Source: a virus
Length of the DNA: 64,000 bases
Strand: one strand, 5' to 3'
Virus record (IMG/VR): IMGVR_UViG_3300003690_000011
Location: 3,278 to 67,277 of that record
The notes under the pieces were generated by a model. The model searched no databases and was not told the DNA's origin. It saw only the letters and a list, made by a program, of their open reading frames with translations. Position 1 is the first letter of the stretch. Each line of letters begins with the position of its first letter. The position numbers were made by a program, and so were the translations under genes. Positions 1-8,104 of this stretch are shown one piece after another.

Positions 1-186
1 CTTCTTATTGTATGCAATAGCTTTCTTTGTACCCTTGATATAGGTCTTAGTAATCTTCTCTGATTTTCGCAAATTCAGTAGACCTTTAAGAAATTTCTTG
101 GCCTCCAGCAGATCCTCGATGCTCTTGGAAGCAATGACAGATTTGCTAATCTTCTTGCCCTCGTCTCTGTGTTGCCACTTACTCAC
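1..186 (-). CDS. polA: Family A DNA polymerase, third fragment (start of polymerase-domain ORF, runs off window)
   Basis: Manual translation from GTG at 186: VSKWQHRDEGKK...FLKGLLNLRKSEKITKTYIKG, which resembles the PolA thumb/palm segment (L..R...K...TY..G). The start overlaps the stop of the previous fragment. Not in the ORF track. Confidence 0.7.
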   Translation of the reverse strand, partial: MSKWQHRDEGKKISKSVIASKSIEDLLEAKKFLKGLLNLRKSEKITKTYIKGTKKAIAYNKK

Positions 187-597
187 GATTCTTAAGTTCC
201 TCTTCAATATGTTCCAACAATAGTTTAAGAGTGGGAGCGGACACAGAAGGACTTCCTTTCGCAGTTTTGTCAGGAGGGTACAGTCCCAAAGCCCCATCCC
301 TAGTATATATAATTTCTATCAAATCATTATTGGATGCTTCGCTCCTAACTCCTTACCTACCTTCTGGAGCACATCCGTATCTACATCAAGCCCCTCATAC
401 TCCATCTCTGCGAAAACCTCAAGAGATGGCATTACCACCTGTTCAATTAGTTTAAGCATAGAACCCTCCCCTAGCTTCTCATAGATTAGATCGAAGAGCT
501 TTAAGGTAAAATACGAATCCAAAGCATTACCCTCACAGCAGTCGGAGAGAGGCATGTTTTTCCAATCGAATTTTTTCGGATTGTTGATGGTGAGCAT
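179..597 (-). CDS. polA: Family A DNA polymerase, second fragment (ExoIII motif plus thumb), frameshifted near 337-345
   Basis: ORF 319..597 has GNALDSYFT (ExoIII-like) and EMEYEGLDVD (PolA ME..G..VD). It continues in the -1 frame at 337..179 as ASNNDLIEIIY...KTAKGSPSVSAPTL (thumb KT..G..S motif). Confidence 0.75.
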
Positions 598-628
598 GGC
601 TATATATTAGAGACGATGGAGCTTAATT

Positions 629-988
629 ATGCCAATAGTTGGTAAGAAACATTTTAGTTATAGCAAAAAAGGGAAATTGGCTGCTAAAAAGTATGCTAAG
701 AGGTTAGGGAAAAAGGTAATACATAAAAAGAACCCAGGTTTATACGTAGAAATGCATGGCGAATCTATGGAAAAAAAACATACCGCTTATTTGAATTTAG
801 TTAAAGAAATTATGGCTGCGCGGGAGAGGGGTGAAGTCCATCCAATGGATCAGGGCTCGCGTGTAGATTATGCGGCTACTTTAAAAAAGATAGGTCCAGC
901 AGCAGAGGGAGTCCGAAGAGGTCAACAACGGAAAGAGGCTTTTCGCTCTTTAGCAAAAAGAATAGAACTTAGAAGAGGATTACGATGA
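629..988 (+). CDS. Small basic protein, possible internal head protein
   Basis: 119 aa, Lys/Arg-rich, GGAG RBS. First gene of the plus-strand cluster and coupled (ATGA) to the next ORF. Confidence 0.6.
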   Translation: MPIVGKKHFSYSKKGKLAAKKYAKRLGKKVIHKKNPGLYVEMHGESMEKKHTAYLNLVKEIMAARERGEVHPMDQGSRVDYAATLKKIGPAAEGVRRGQQRKEAFRSLAKRIELRRGLR

Positions 989-1530
989 ATGATTATGAAT
1001 ACGAATTAATTGGTGAATCAATTTGGGATACTTATAAAAATATGGCTTATCTATTATCTGAAATTAGTTTAGAGTACATAGGTAGGGCAGCAGCGAGTGG
1101 TTTTAGGGCGCGTCAAGGCCAACCCCAGGATCTGGGCCAGCCGGGAAGTCGGACAGCGCGAGGGGGTAAAGATCCAGGTCGGGACGCGGCAATGAAGAGA
1201 ATTCGGAGAAGACTAGGTGCGCCACAAGGGTATGAGGGTTCGCCAGAGGCGAGGACATTCCAGACCAGATTCTTTGCCCACCTTGATCCAGACGCCCCGC
1301 CCGAGGGCACTGTTCCTCCCACGCATCCACACGCACGAAGGAAAAAAACCGACCCAAGCCCATTAGCACAGCGTACAGTAAGGCCAGAACTTGGGAGGAG
1401 TAGGTCCAGAGGGAACAAAAATGGTAATGGCAGTAAACAAACCTCCACAAACCCGAACCCCACAACAAGGGAAGCCTTACGAACCGAACCACTCAAACAC
1501 CTACGAGCTAGGGAAAAAGGAAATCAGTAG
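985..1530 (+). CDS. Putative internal head protein, paralog 1 (conserved leader plus Arg-rich cargo)
   Basis: Leader YELIGESIWDTYKNMAYLLSE shared with the next two ORFs; GAGG RBS. Confidence 0.65.
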   Translation: MNDYEYELIGESIWDTYKNMAYLLSEISLEYIGRAAASGFRARQGQPQDLGQPGSRTARGGKDPGRDAAMKRIRRRLGAPQGYEGSPEARTFQTRFFAHLDPDAPPEGTVPPTHPHARRKKTDPSPLAQRTVRPELGRSRSRGNKNGNGSKQTSTNPNPTTREALRTEPLKHLRAREKGNQ

Positions 1531-1535
1531 TAATC

Positions 1536-1898
1536 ATGAATGACAAGCAATATGAATCTATAGCTGAGTCCATGTGGAATACCTATAAAGGGTTAGCTTC
1601 ATTTATATATGAAAAAAGTATAAAACCTCAAAAAGGAGAGCCTGGGTATAGTAAAAAGAAGAGAACTAAATTAGGACAAACCCTAAGAGGAATCAAGCAG
1701 GCTGGGCAACGATATGCCTCCGTAGAAGGAGGCCAAGAGGCTCCCTCTATAAAGTATGCAGCCGTTGAACCTCATATTACTGCTGCTGAATTACGACGAA
1801 AGGCAGAGATTGAATCAGGAACGGGTACACCTGAAGGAAGTCTAGCTACGCGAGTATTTAGAGGATCCAGAACACGCACAGGAACACGCCGCTCCTAA
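1536..1898 (+). CDS. Putative internal head protein, paralog 2
   Basis: Leader YESIAESMWNTYKGLASFIYE followed by a basic cargo. Confidence 0.65.
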   Translation: MNDKQYESIAESMWNTYKGLASFIYEKSIKPQKGEPGYSKKKRTKLGQTLRGIKQAGQRYASVEGGQEAPSIKYAAVEPHITAAELRRKAEIESGTGTPEGSLATRVFRGSRTRTGTRRS

Positions 1899-2192
1899 AG
1901 ATCCTCCAACTCCGTAGGAAAATATATTTATGAACAAGTATCAATTAATTGGTGAATCAATTTGGAATATTTACAGAAGTATGGCTTATGTTATAGCAGA
2001 AGTAAAAACTCCTGGTGGGCAGAGAAGAAAATCGACTGTTGATCCTGGTCCTAAGGTCCCAAGAGATCCGAAGGATATAAAAAGACTTGCTTTACAAAAT
2101 CAATTAAGTACGGCTAAAACTGAGGGCGCAAGAGTAGCACTACGAAGGCAGATTGCTGCTCTCTAAAGATCCTCCAACTCGGTAGGAAAGTA
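1895..2192. repeat. About 30 bp imperfect direct repeat (1895-1924 and 2163-2192) flanking paralog 3
   Basis: ctaaagatcctccaactc(c/g)gtaggaaa(a/g)ta occurs at both sites. Both copies read YFPTELEDL* on the minus strand. Confidence 0.9.
1930..2166 (+). CDS. Putative internal head protein, paralog 3
   Basis: Leader MNKYQLIGESIWNIYRSMAYVIAE followed by a basic cargo. Confidence 0.65.
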   Translation: MNKYQLIGESIWNIYRSMAYVIAEVKTPGGQRRKSTVDPGPKVPRDPKDIKRLALQNQLSTAKTEGARVALRRQIAAL

Positions 2193-3179
2193 AAGCTTCA
2201 CCAAGTCCATCAAACTCTTAGGCATGTTCTCATCAATAAAATGATGCATAATCTTGGTGTCCCACACATTCTTTACATAGATTCCGTAATTAATCAAGAA
2301 CTTTAGATCGAACTTAGCATTGTGAAATACCTTCTTGCTTTTTGGGTTCTCTAGTATTTGCCGTAGACTCACCCACAATGCTCCCTGGTGCTCATCAACA
2401 AAGGGAGAGTCCTTATGATCACACGGAATTACCCATGTTCTTTCCCTACATGAGATAGCAATCGTCATAATACTATCCTCTAGGAAATTAAGACCTGTAG
2501 TTTCAATATCACAAGCTAAGGTCTCTGTGGAATCCTTCAACTCATCAGCTAAAGTCTTAACCTGTTCGATATCTAACAGAACCTCATAACTAAAGTTTCC
2601 CTTGCTCTTCTTCTTGAGAATATACTTCTCATAAGCGTTGGTAATGTCCCGTTTGAAGAGGGTATTGAATCTAGGCTCTCGAATTACAGAATAAGGATGA
2701 TAAATAGGGACAACAGTTGCTGTATGTCCTGCCTTTGTTGTAAATTCAAAAGATGTACCTCTCTTATTTAAGATTCCGCTCTTCTTGATTAGCATCTTCA
2801 TCGCTAGATTACCACAAGGGAAGATTAAAGTAGGCTTTACCCTATCTACCGTCGCTTCCAAGTGCGCCCTGCACAGCTTCATATTATCAGGAGACATGTC
2901 TCCTTCTTTAACCGAAGGACATTTTACAGAGGCAGCACAAACAAAAGGTTCATGGTATGCATCTTTAAGGAGGTCCATTTCCTTGTCGGAGAAAGAACAC
3001 ACCTTCCCAAAACGATAACGAAAAGAATCAGATAAAAATAATGTGGGACTTTCTTGCAAATCCTTATAATCCATGTGTGAATGACATGGTTTAATTTTAC
3101 TAAGGATTGTGCAACCCTCACATAAAGGGTTGTCCGAACTTACTTTATGACCAGAATACAAAGTTTCTAAATCAAACAT
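2163..3179 (-). CDS. polA: DNA polymerase first fragment: family-4 UDG-like domain fused to 3'-5' exonuclease (ExoI and ExoII)
   Basis: CEGC, VKCP, LCRAHLE, KPTLIFPCGN and PIYHP are UDG-F4 fold motifs; ACDIETTGL is ExoI; FHNAKFDL is ExoII; WDTKIMHH follows. The architecture resembles SPO1-type polymerases. Confidence 0.85.
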   Translation of the reverse strand: MFDLETLYSGHKVSSDNPLCEGCTILSKIKPCHSHMDYKDLQESPTLFLSDSFRYRFGKVCSFSDKEMDLLKDAYHEPFVCAASVKCPSVKEGDMSPDNMKLCRAHLEATVDRVKPTLIFPCGNLAMKMLIKKSGILNKRGTSFEFTTKAGHTATVVPIYHPYSVIREPRFNTLFKRDITNAYEKYILKKKSKGNFSYEVLLDIEQVKTLADELKDSTETLACDIETTGLNFLEDSIMTIAISCRERTWVIPCDHKDSPFVDEHQGALWVSLRQILENPKSKKVFHNAKFDLKFLINYGIYVKNVWDTKIMHHFIDENMPKSLMDLVKLYFPTELEDL

Positions 3180-3192
3180 ACTATTATATGTT
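3180..3192. promoter_or_regulatory. TATAATAGT / TATTAT -10-like element between divergent genes
   Basis: 13-bp gap actattatatgtt; the same 9-mer occurs at 4275 and 54296. Confidence 0.55.
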
Positions 3193-3534
3193 GTGAAAAA
3201 TTATTATATTAATAACGAAGAATTTGAAAAGCTCATCTTGTTATACAAGGAGGATCCCAAAGCTCACGAAGAAGAGCTAGTATCTTTATTTGATATCCTT
3301 ATTACTAATATCATAGAATCTTTTAAATTTCAAGTAGACCGTGATGATGCAAAACAGGATTGTTTTACTTTAATTTTAAAAACCGTTAAAAACTTTAAAC
3401 CCCGTAAGGGGACTGCTTTCAATTATTTTACGACAATAATAGTAAACAATCTCAAACTTCTCTATACTAGAGAGAAAAAATATCAAAAAAAGATTGAATC
3501 CTATATAGAAACGCAGAAAGATAAATTTAACTAA
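3193..3534 (+). CDS. gp55: Late-transcription sigma factor, T4 gp55-like (region 2 only)
   Basis: YYINNEEF...DDAKQDC...NFKP...AFNYFTTII...REKK parallels the gp55 pattern YVNN.EF...NF.P...F.YFT.I...KEKK. Confidence 0.7.
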   Translation: MKNYYINNEEFEKLILLYKEDPKAHEEELVSLFDILITNIIESFKFQVDRDDAKQDCFTLILKTVKNFKPRKGTAFNYFTTIIVNNLKLLYTREKKYQKKIESYIETQKDKFN

Positions 3535-3847
3535 GTTTTAGAGTTTTTAATATTCTGGACAAGTAATCTTCCGATATAAATTTATCGGAACGCATCTGTA
3601 TTAGATGAGGAATTTTTGTGGTTTTGAATATCATAAAACTATGGGGCATTCGAAAACTATCAACGATATATAGTGTCTCCCCTTTAGAATTACTTGAATA
3701 TTTTTCCTTTAAATTCTCAACTAATTTCATGGAAAATTCATCCCATAAAGAAACAAATAAAATACTTACAGATTTTGAATCCCTCTTGAAAATCTTAATA
3801 ACTTTATTTAAATCATTCTCTTTTGAAAGAAATTTCAAATGAAACAT
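3527..3847 (-). CDS. Thioredoxin-fold-like protein lacking CxxC
   Basis: 106 aa with pattern ILFVSLWDEFS...YIVD...F.....IPHLI, matching Trx secondary-structure spacing; no Cys. Confidence 0.45.
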   Translation of the reverse strand: MFHLKFLSKENDLNKVIKIFKRDSKSVSILFVSLWDEFSMKLVENLKEKYSSNSKGETLYIVDSFRMPHSFMIFKTTKIPHLIQMRSDKFISEDYLSRILKTLKLS

Positions 3848-3851
3848 TTTA

Positions 3852-4271
3852 TTAATCTTTTTTCACGTATTTTCGAATCATATCATCTTGTGGGATATCA
3901 TCTCTGATTTTCCCCTCACCAGATAGATCATGCTCCAACACTCTGGTATCTGCTAGTCTAACTGTTCCATCGTCACCCTCCAAAACAGTAATACCTGAAG
4001 AAGCTAACTCTTCCTTATTCTCTAAGGCATATTTTTTTACAAGTTCAGCTAATTCATTGTTCATCCCCTCAATTCCAGTAAGAAATATTGTTTTTAAAAA
4101 ATCTGAATCTGGAACGTCCAGAGGTTTAACCAACTGTGCGAAGTTTTTATAAGCTACAGCTTCGTCTTTATTTAAATTAATTTGTATTCTCATACGATTA
4201 TTCCTTCTATCTCTAACCTTAATTTTCCAAGTATCTACATTAAATTTAATAGTATCTACAGGTTTATCCAT
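3852..4271 (-). CDS. Hypothetical protein
   Basis: 139 aa ORF tiling the region; no recognisable motif. Confidence 0.6.
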   Translation of the reverse strand: MDKPVDTIKFNVDTWKIKVRDRRNNRMRIQINLNKDEAVAYKNFAQLVKPLDVPDSDFLKTIFLTGIEGMNNELAELVKKYALENKEELASSGITVLEGDDGTVRLADTRVLEHDLSGEGKIRDDIPQDDMIRKYVKKD

Positions 4272-4274
4272 TTC

Positions 4275-4285
4275 ACTATTATAGT
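4275..4285. promoter_or_regulatory. Palindromic -10-like element between divergent genes
   Basis: actat-t-atagt; TATAAT lies 6 nt upstream of the minus-strand ATG at 4271. Confidence 0.55.
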
Positions 4286-4299
4286 AGGAGGACGAATTT

Positions 4300-4827
4300 A
4301 TGGAAGATAATTACGATATTTCTAATCTAAAAGAAAAAAAGAAGATCAACAGCAGGACCAAGGGTAGCTCCTTTGAACGCCAAATATGTAAGATACTTAA
4401 TAAACGCTTTAATACTACTGAATTCTGTAGAAGCCCTGGGTCTGGTGCTTTTGCTACAACACATTCATTGCCTGAACATTTAAAAATATATGGAGATATA
4501 ATAACACCTAAAGAATTTAAATATTGTATTGAATGTAAAAAAGGATATAATAACCAAAATTTATATAGTCTATATAATTATAATAGCGAGTTCTGGGGAT
4601 TTGTAAACCAATGTGAAAAAGATTCGAAAAAGTGTTACAAAATCCCAATGGTGATATTCAAACAGGATAGACAACCTATACTAGCCATAGTACCTGCTTA
4701 TATTAAGTTTGGAAATCAGTATAAATCTATTCAAATATTTAAAAAACTAGATGGATTTATTATTAGCTATAATATTTATCTATTTGAATCTATACTTGAA
4801 AGCTATGATGCTCTGTGGATGAAGTAA
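4300..4827 (+). CDS. Holliday junction resolvase (Hjc-like PD-(D/E)XK nuclease)
   Basis: KGSSFER...RSPGSGA...GDII...IECKK; AGGAGG RBS. Confidence 0.8.
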   Translation: MEDNYDISNLKEKKKINSRTKGSSFERQICKILNKRFNTTEFCRSPGSGAFATTHSLPEHLKIYGDIITPKEFKYCIECKKGYNNQNLYSLYNYNSEFWGFVNQCEKDSKKCYKIPMVIFKQDRQPILAIVPAYIKFGNQYKSIQIFKKLDGFIISYNIYLFESILESYDALWMK

Positions 4828-7423
4828 GGAGCTTCTCCAGAAGTACATGCTGGCCTTTTAAGAACTCATAGAATATATCAGAAGTAGTTTCACCATAGCT
4901 TTCAAGTAATTGAAGCATCTTGTTATTAGTCTCACATATCCAGTTAGCTGATGAAGCTTGTCGTTGAAGACCCAATCTCATCGTAATAGATTTCCCATCT
5001 TCAGCAGGAAATGTTAAGAAAACAGTAGCACCTTTTACAGAAATATCCAATTTAGGGGGATCCCCGTTTGCTATACGAGTCTTATCGCCCTCATAAGTCT
5101 CTCCTAATCTTCGAACTAATTCGTTATGATCGTAATAAAAAGTTTCTCCATTTGGTTTACTAACTATTTGAGCTAACTCTTTCATGTCCATAGTTATCAT
5201 CCCAGCAACATTAACCATATAAGCTCTAGCATCAGCACTTTTAGTAGGATCCGCTAAATCTTGTTCGATTTTAGTAAGCATATAAGCTCTTTGAACACTC
5301 TCTTGAAGAGTCTTCATCGCTTTGGGTTTTGTTAAATCTACTTTTTGTTGTACTCCTTGAGTACTATATGTCGTTATTGTATTCTGTAAAATTGGAGGTA
5401 TATTATTCACAGGAAAACTTTGAAGAAGCTGACTTTGAACCCGTTTAGCTATTTGTTTAGCACTAATCGTTGTTAAACCGGCTTTACCCCAGAACGTAGT
5501 ATCAGTACTAATAGAAGTGGTTTTATCTAAAGCGTCCCCGATCTCTTTCCCATAGGTAGCTAATCGTCCTTGATCTGGTTTTAATCGTAGCAGAGTTGCT
5601 AACCGATTATAATATTTAGAATAACTTGCGGGGGGACTGTCTCCTAGATTTTTACTTCTCTGTGCTCCTTTAGCCGCCTTATCTACAGCTAATTGTCCTT
5701 GCCTAGTCGAGCCGCTCTCAGAAAACTTTTGAGCAGTATTAACTATAGTTATTTCATCATCGTCTTTGATTCCTAGCTTCGCAAATCTTTCTTTAATTGT
5801 ATTTAAATCTCTCTCTGTTTTAGCCATCGCTAACACTTCACTAGCTTTAAGTGTTTCAACAGCCTTCTCTGGGTGCTTTAATTTAAAAGCCGTAGCAGCT
5901 TTTAAAGCTCTGCGTTGGCTCCCCGCTCCTACAAATGCTAACGTACTATCAATCTTTAATCCTAATTCTTGGGACTCACCTAGAGGAAGAGAAGCATCGG
6001 CATCAATATTTTTAAAAATAGCAACATTTTTTGCAAGTAAATTTTGAAGATATTGTTTCAAAGCTTTACTATCGGTTGCAAGTTCAAGTTGCTTTATCAT
6101 TTCCCCATAAACGTCCGCACTATCTAAAGAAATACCTCCATTAGATGCTTTGATAGCATCTAATGCTTTATTTAGTTGTTTCTTTATTGATTTAAATCCT
6201 GGCATTAATCCCGATTTTGGACGCCCTTCTTTAGGATCCCACTCCTTCCCTCTTTCCATAGGAAGCTGCGTTGCTAAAACCGTAAGTTCTTGAGCATGCA
6301 GAATAACATCATTTAAAAATACAGCTAGAGCTTCCTTAATTGCATCCTTATTATTATCTCTCACTCCCCTCAAAACACTAATTACGGCTCCGATAGATAT
6401 CTCATTGAAACGTCCTTGTAAATTAGATACATTCCCCCCTTTATATATATTTGTATGTAATTTACACTTATTTTTTTCAACTGCATCAGATATAGCTTGT
6501 GTCAAATTTTTAGATTTTAGTACTATGCCCTCAGTCTTACCTGTACCTTGATTATAAAAAACCAAATCCTTTGCTGGTCCTGCCATTACACCCATACGCT
6601 CATTGATAGCTTCACAGACTCCATCCTGTGTGGGATCCTGAAGTAAGGAAGCTAACACATCGTTAACTGATTCTAGGACGCCCTCAATTAGCGCAGGATC
6701 TACAAAATCTCTTTTTACAAACCCCACTCCCTCTTCATAATCAAACCCAATAGAATTAGCTAAAGCATACTCTAAACTTTTCTTATCCTTATTTTTATCT
6801 CCTCCTACAAGAGCTTGCTTGTCTTCCTCGCTTTTTCTACATAGTTGGTCGAATCCTATGATGCTCCCCACACATATATCCTTAAGTTTATCAGTAATTT
6901 TACGAAGGACTGAGGTAAGGTCAGGTTCACTCTCTTTAATAGCGGGGTCAGGGCTAGTTGCGAATAAAAATCCTTCTTCCTCAGGTTGTTTCCCTACCAG
7001 GGTGGCCGTTCCATCTCTAGGTTCAGTCTCTCCCTCTTTTCCCTCCTCTCCTGATTTTTTCTGAGAGTCCCCCCCTTTCTTAAAATAATTTACTAGTTTA
7101 ATAAAACCCTCAGAATTTTCAATGGGATTTCCTGCCGCATCTCCTACCTGCATAGCCCAAGACCCTACGGGTCCTCCAATTAATTGTATTACGGCTGGTT
7201 TGTTCTTTGTTGCTTTGGTTAAATAAGCGTAAGGAGGAACGTCTTTTCTTTTGTATTTATTATCGAATGGTAAATTTATGCCTGCTTTAACAAGTTCCGT
7301 AGCTTGACTTCTAGCTTGCTCATCATCCGTCATTTCCCCCTCTGCTTCACTAATATATCTAAGCTTAAAAGATCTCTTTTTAAGCTTATGATAACTACTT
7401 AATAATTCCTCAAAATAATCCAT
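4790..7423 (-). CDS. Large hypothetical protein, possibly a protease-processed internal virion protein
   Basis: 877 aa. The N-terminal segment ends in YISE, a possible gp21-type site. No catalytic motif recognised. Confidence 0.5.
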   Translation of the reverse strand: MDYFEELLSSYHKLKKRSFKLRYISEAEGEMTDDEQARSQATELVKAGINLPFDNKYKRKDVPPYAYLTKATKNKPAVIQLIGGPVGSWAMQVGDAAGNPIENSEGFIKLVNYFKKGGDSQKKSGEEGKEGETEPRDGTATLVGKQPEEEGFLFATSPDPAIKESEPDLTSVLRKITDKLKDICVGSIIGFDQLCRKSEEDKQALVGGDKNKDKKSLEYALANSIGFDYEEGVGFVKRDFVDPALIEGVLESVNDVLASLLQDPTQDGVCEAINERMGVMAGPAKDLVFYNQGTGKTEGIVLKSKNLTQAISDAVEKNKCKLHTNIYKGGNVSNLQGRFNEISIGAVISVLRGVRDNNKDAIKEALAVFLNDVILHAQELTVLATQLPMERGKEWDPKEGRPKSGLMPGFKSIKKQLNKALDAIKASNGGISLDSADVYGEMIKQLELATDSKALKQYLQNLLAKNVAIFKNIDADASLPLGESQELGLKIDSTLAFVGAGSQRRALKAATAFKLKHPEKAVETLKASEVLAMAKTERDLNTIKERFAKLGIKDDDEITIVNTAQKFSESGSTRQGQLAVDKAAKGAQRSKNLGDSPPASYSKYYNRLATLLRLKPDQGRLATYGKEIGDALDKTTSISTDTTFWGKAGLTTISAKQIAKRVQSQLLQSFPVNNIPPILQNTITTYSTQGVQQKVDLTKPKAMKTLQESVQRAYMLTKIEQDLADPTKSADARAYMVNVAGMITMDMKELAQIVSKPNGETFYYDHNELVRRLGETYEGDKTRIANGDPPKLDISVKGATVFLTFPAEDGKSITMRLGLQRQASSANWICETNNKMLQLLESYGETTSDIFYEFLKGQHVLLEKLLTSSTEHHSFQV

Positions 7424-7447
7424 ACTTTATAATAGGTAATGCAGAGA

Positions 7448-7478
7448 AGGCTCAGTCTAAATTATATAGACTGAGCCT
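7448..7478 (-). terminator. Stem-loop downstream of tail tube gene
   Basis: Perfect 12-bp inverted repeat aggctcagtcta/tagactgagcct with a 7-nt loop; weak U tract. Confidence 0.65.
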
Positions 7479-7505
7479 AAACAAAATCAATATTGTATAA
7501 TTAAA

Positions 7506-8093
7506 TTAGTAATTATACTGCTGAAGAAAGTCATATTTAAATGTAACATCTATTGAATGAAAATCATTAGTAGAGTAATTAAACTCAGCAGCAGACCATT
7601 TACTAGGCCATACTCCATAAAGATCTACTGTAGCATGGGGGGTCATAGTATTATCAAGCTGCACTACTTCTACTTTATCAGCTTTGAAAGTTTTCCCTGC
7701 TACACCTCCTGGCTGTGCATTTTCAGTCATCTCTCCTGTTAGAGGGTTATAGATAGTGGAGAAAAACTTCCATAAATCACTCGCCGTTTCCCTCAGATAC
7801 AGATTATCAAAGGTTACTACCATATCTCCAGGAGTAGGTCTCCCAGGGTAGAAAACCTTATCATTTACCCGATCAATAGGCATAGGTTCCACACTCATTT
7901 CAATGCCAGTAACCTTTTTAGCTGCTAAAGTAAGTTCCATTGAGCCTTGATTTGATAGAGTATTTGGAAGACCAAAGAAATGGATCTCAAATTGATAGGC
8001 CCTTACTGAATCTAACTCTGTGGAAATAACAGGCAGACCCTGACCTGGGGTAAACTCGCGCCCGTATTTACTCTTGTAATATGATGTTGCCAT
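7506..8093 (-). CDS. gp19: Tail tube protein (T4 gp19-like)
   Basis: Follows the sheath gene; YPGR, TFD, YNPLTG, LYGVWP and FNYS..D...IDVTFKYD motifs. Confidence 0.85.
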   Translation of the reverse strand: MATSYYKSKYGREFTPGQGLPVISTELDSVRAYQFEIHFFGLPNTLSNQGSMELTLAAKKVTGIEMSVEPMPIDRVNDKVFYPGRPTPGDMVVTFDNLYLRETASDLWKFFSTIYNPLTGEMTENAQPGGVAGKTFKADKVEVVQLDNTMTPHATVDLYGVWPSKWSAAEFNYSTNDFHSIDVTFKYDFLQQYNY

Positions 8094-8104
8094 AAATTAA
8101 ACTC

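Noticed and set aside
598-2162. Intein, group I intron or IS interrupting the polymerase
   Set aside because: No intein terminal residues, homing endonuclease, transposase or terminal inverted repeats are seen. RNA structure could not be tested, so splicing is unsupported rather than excluded.
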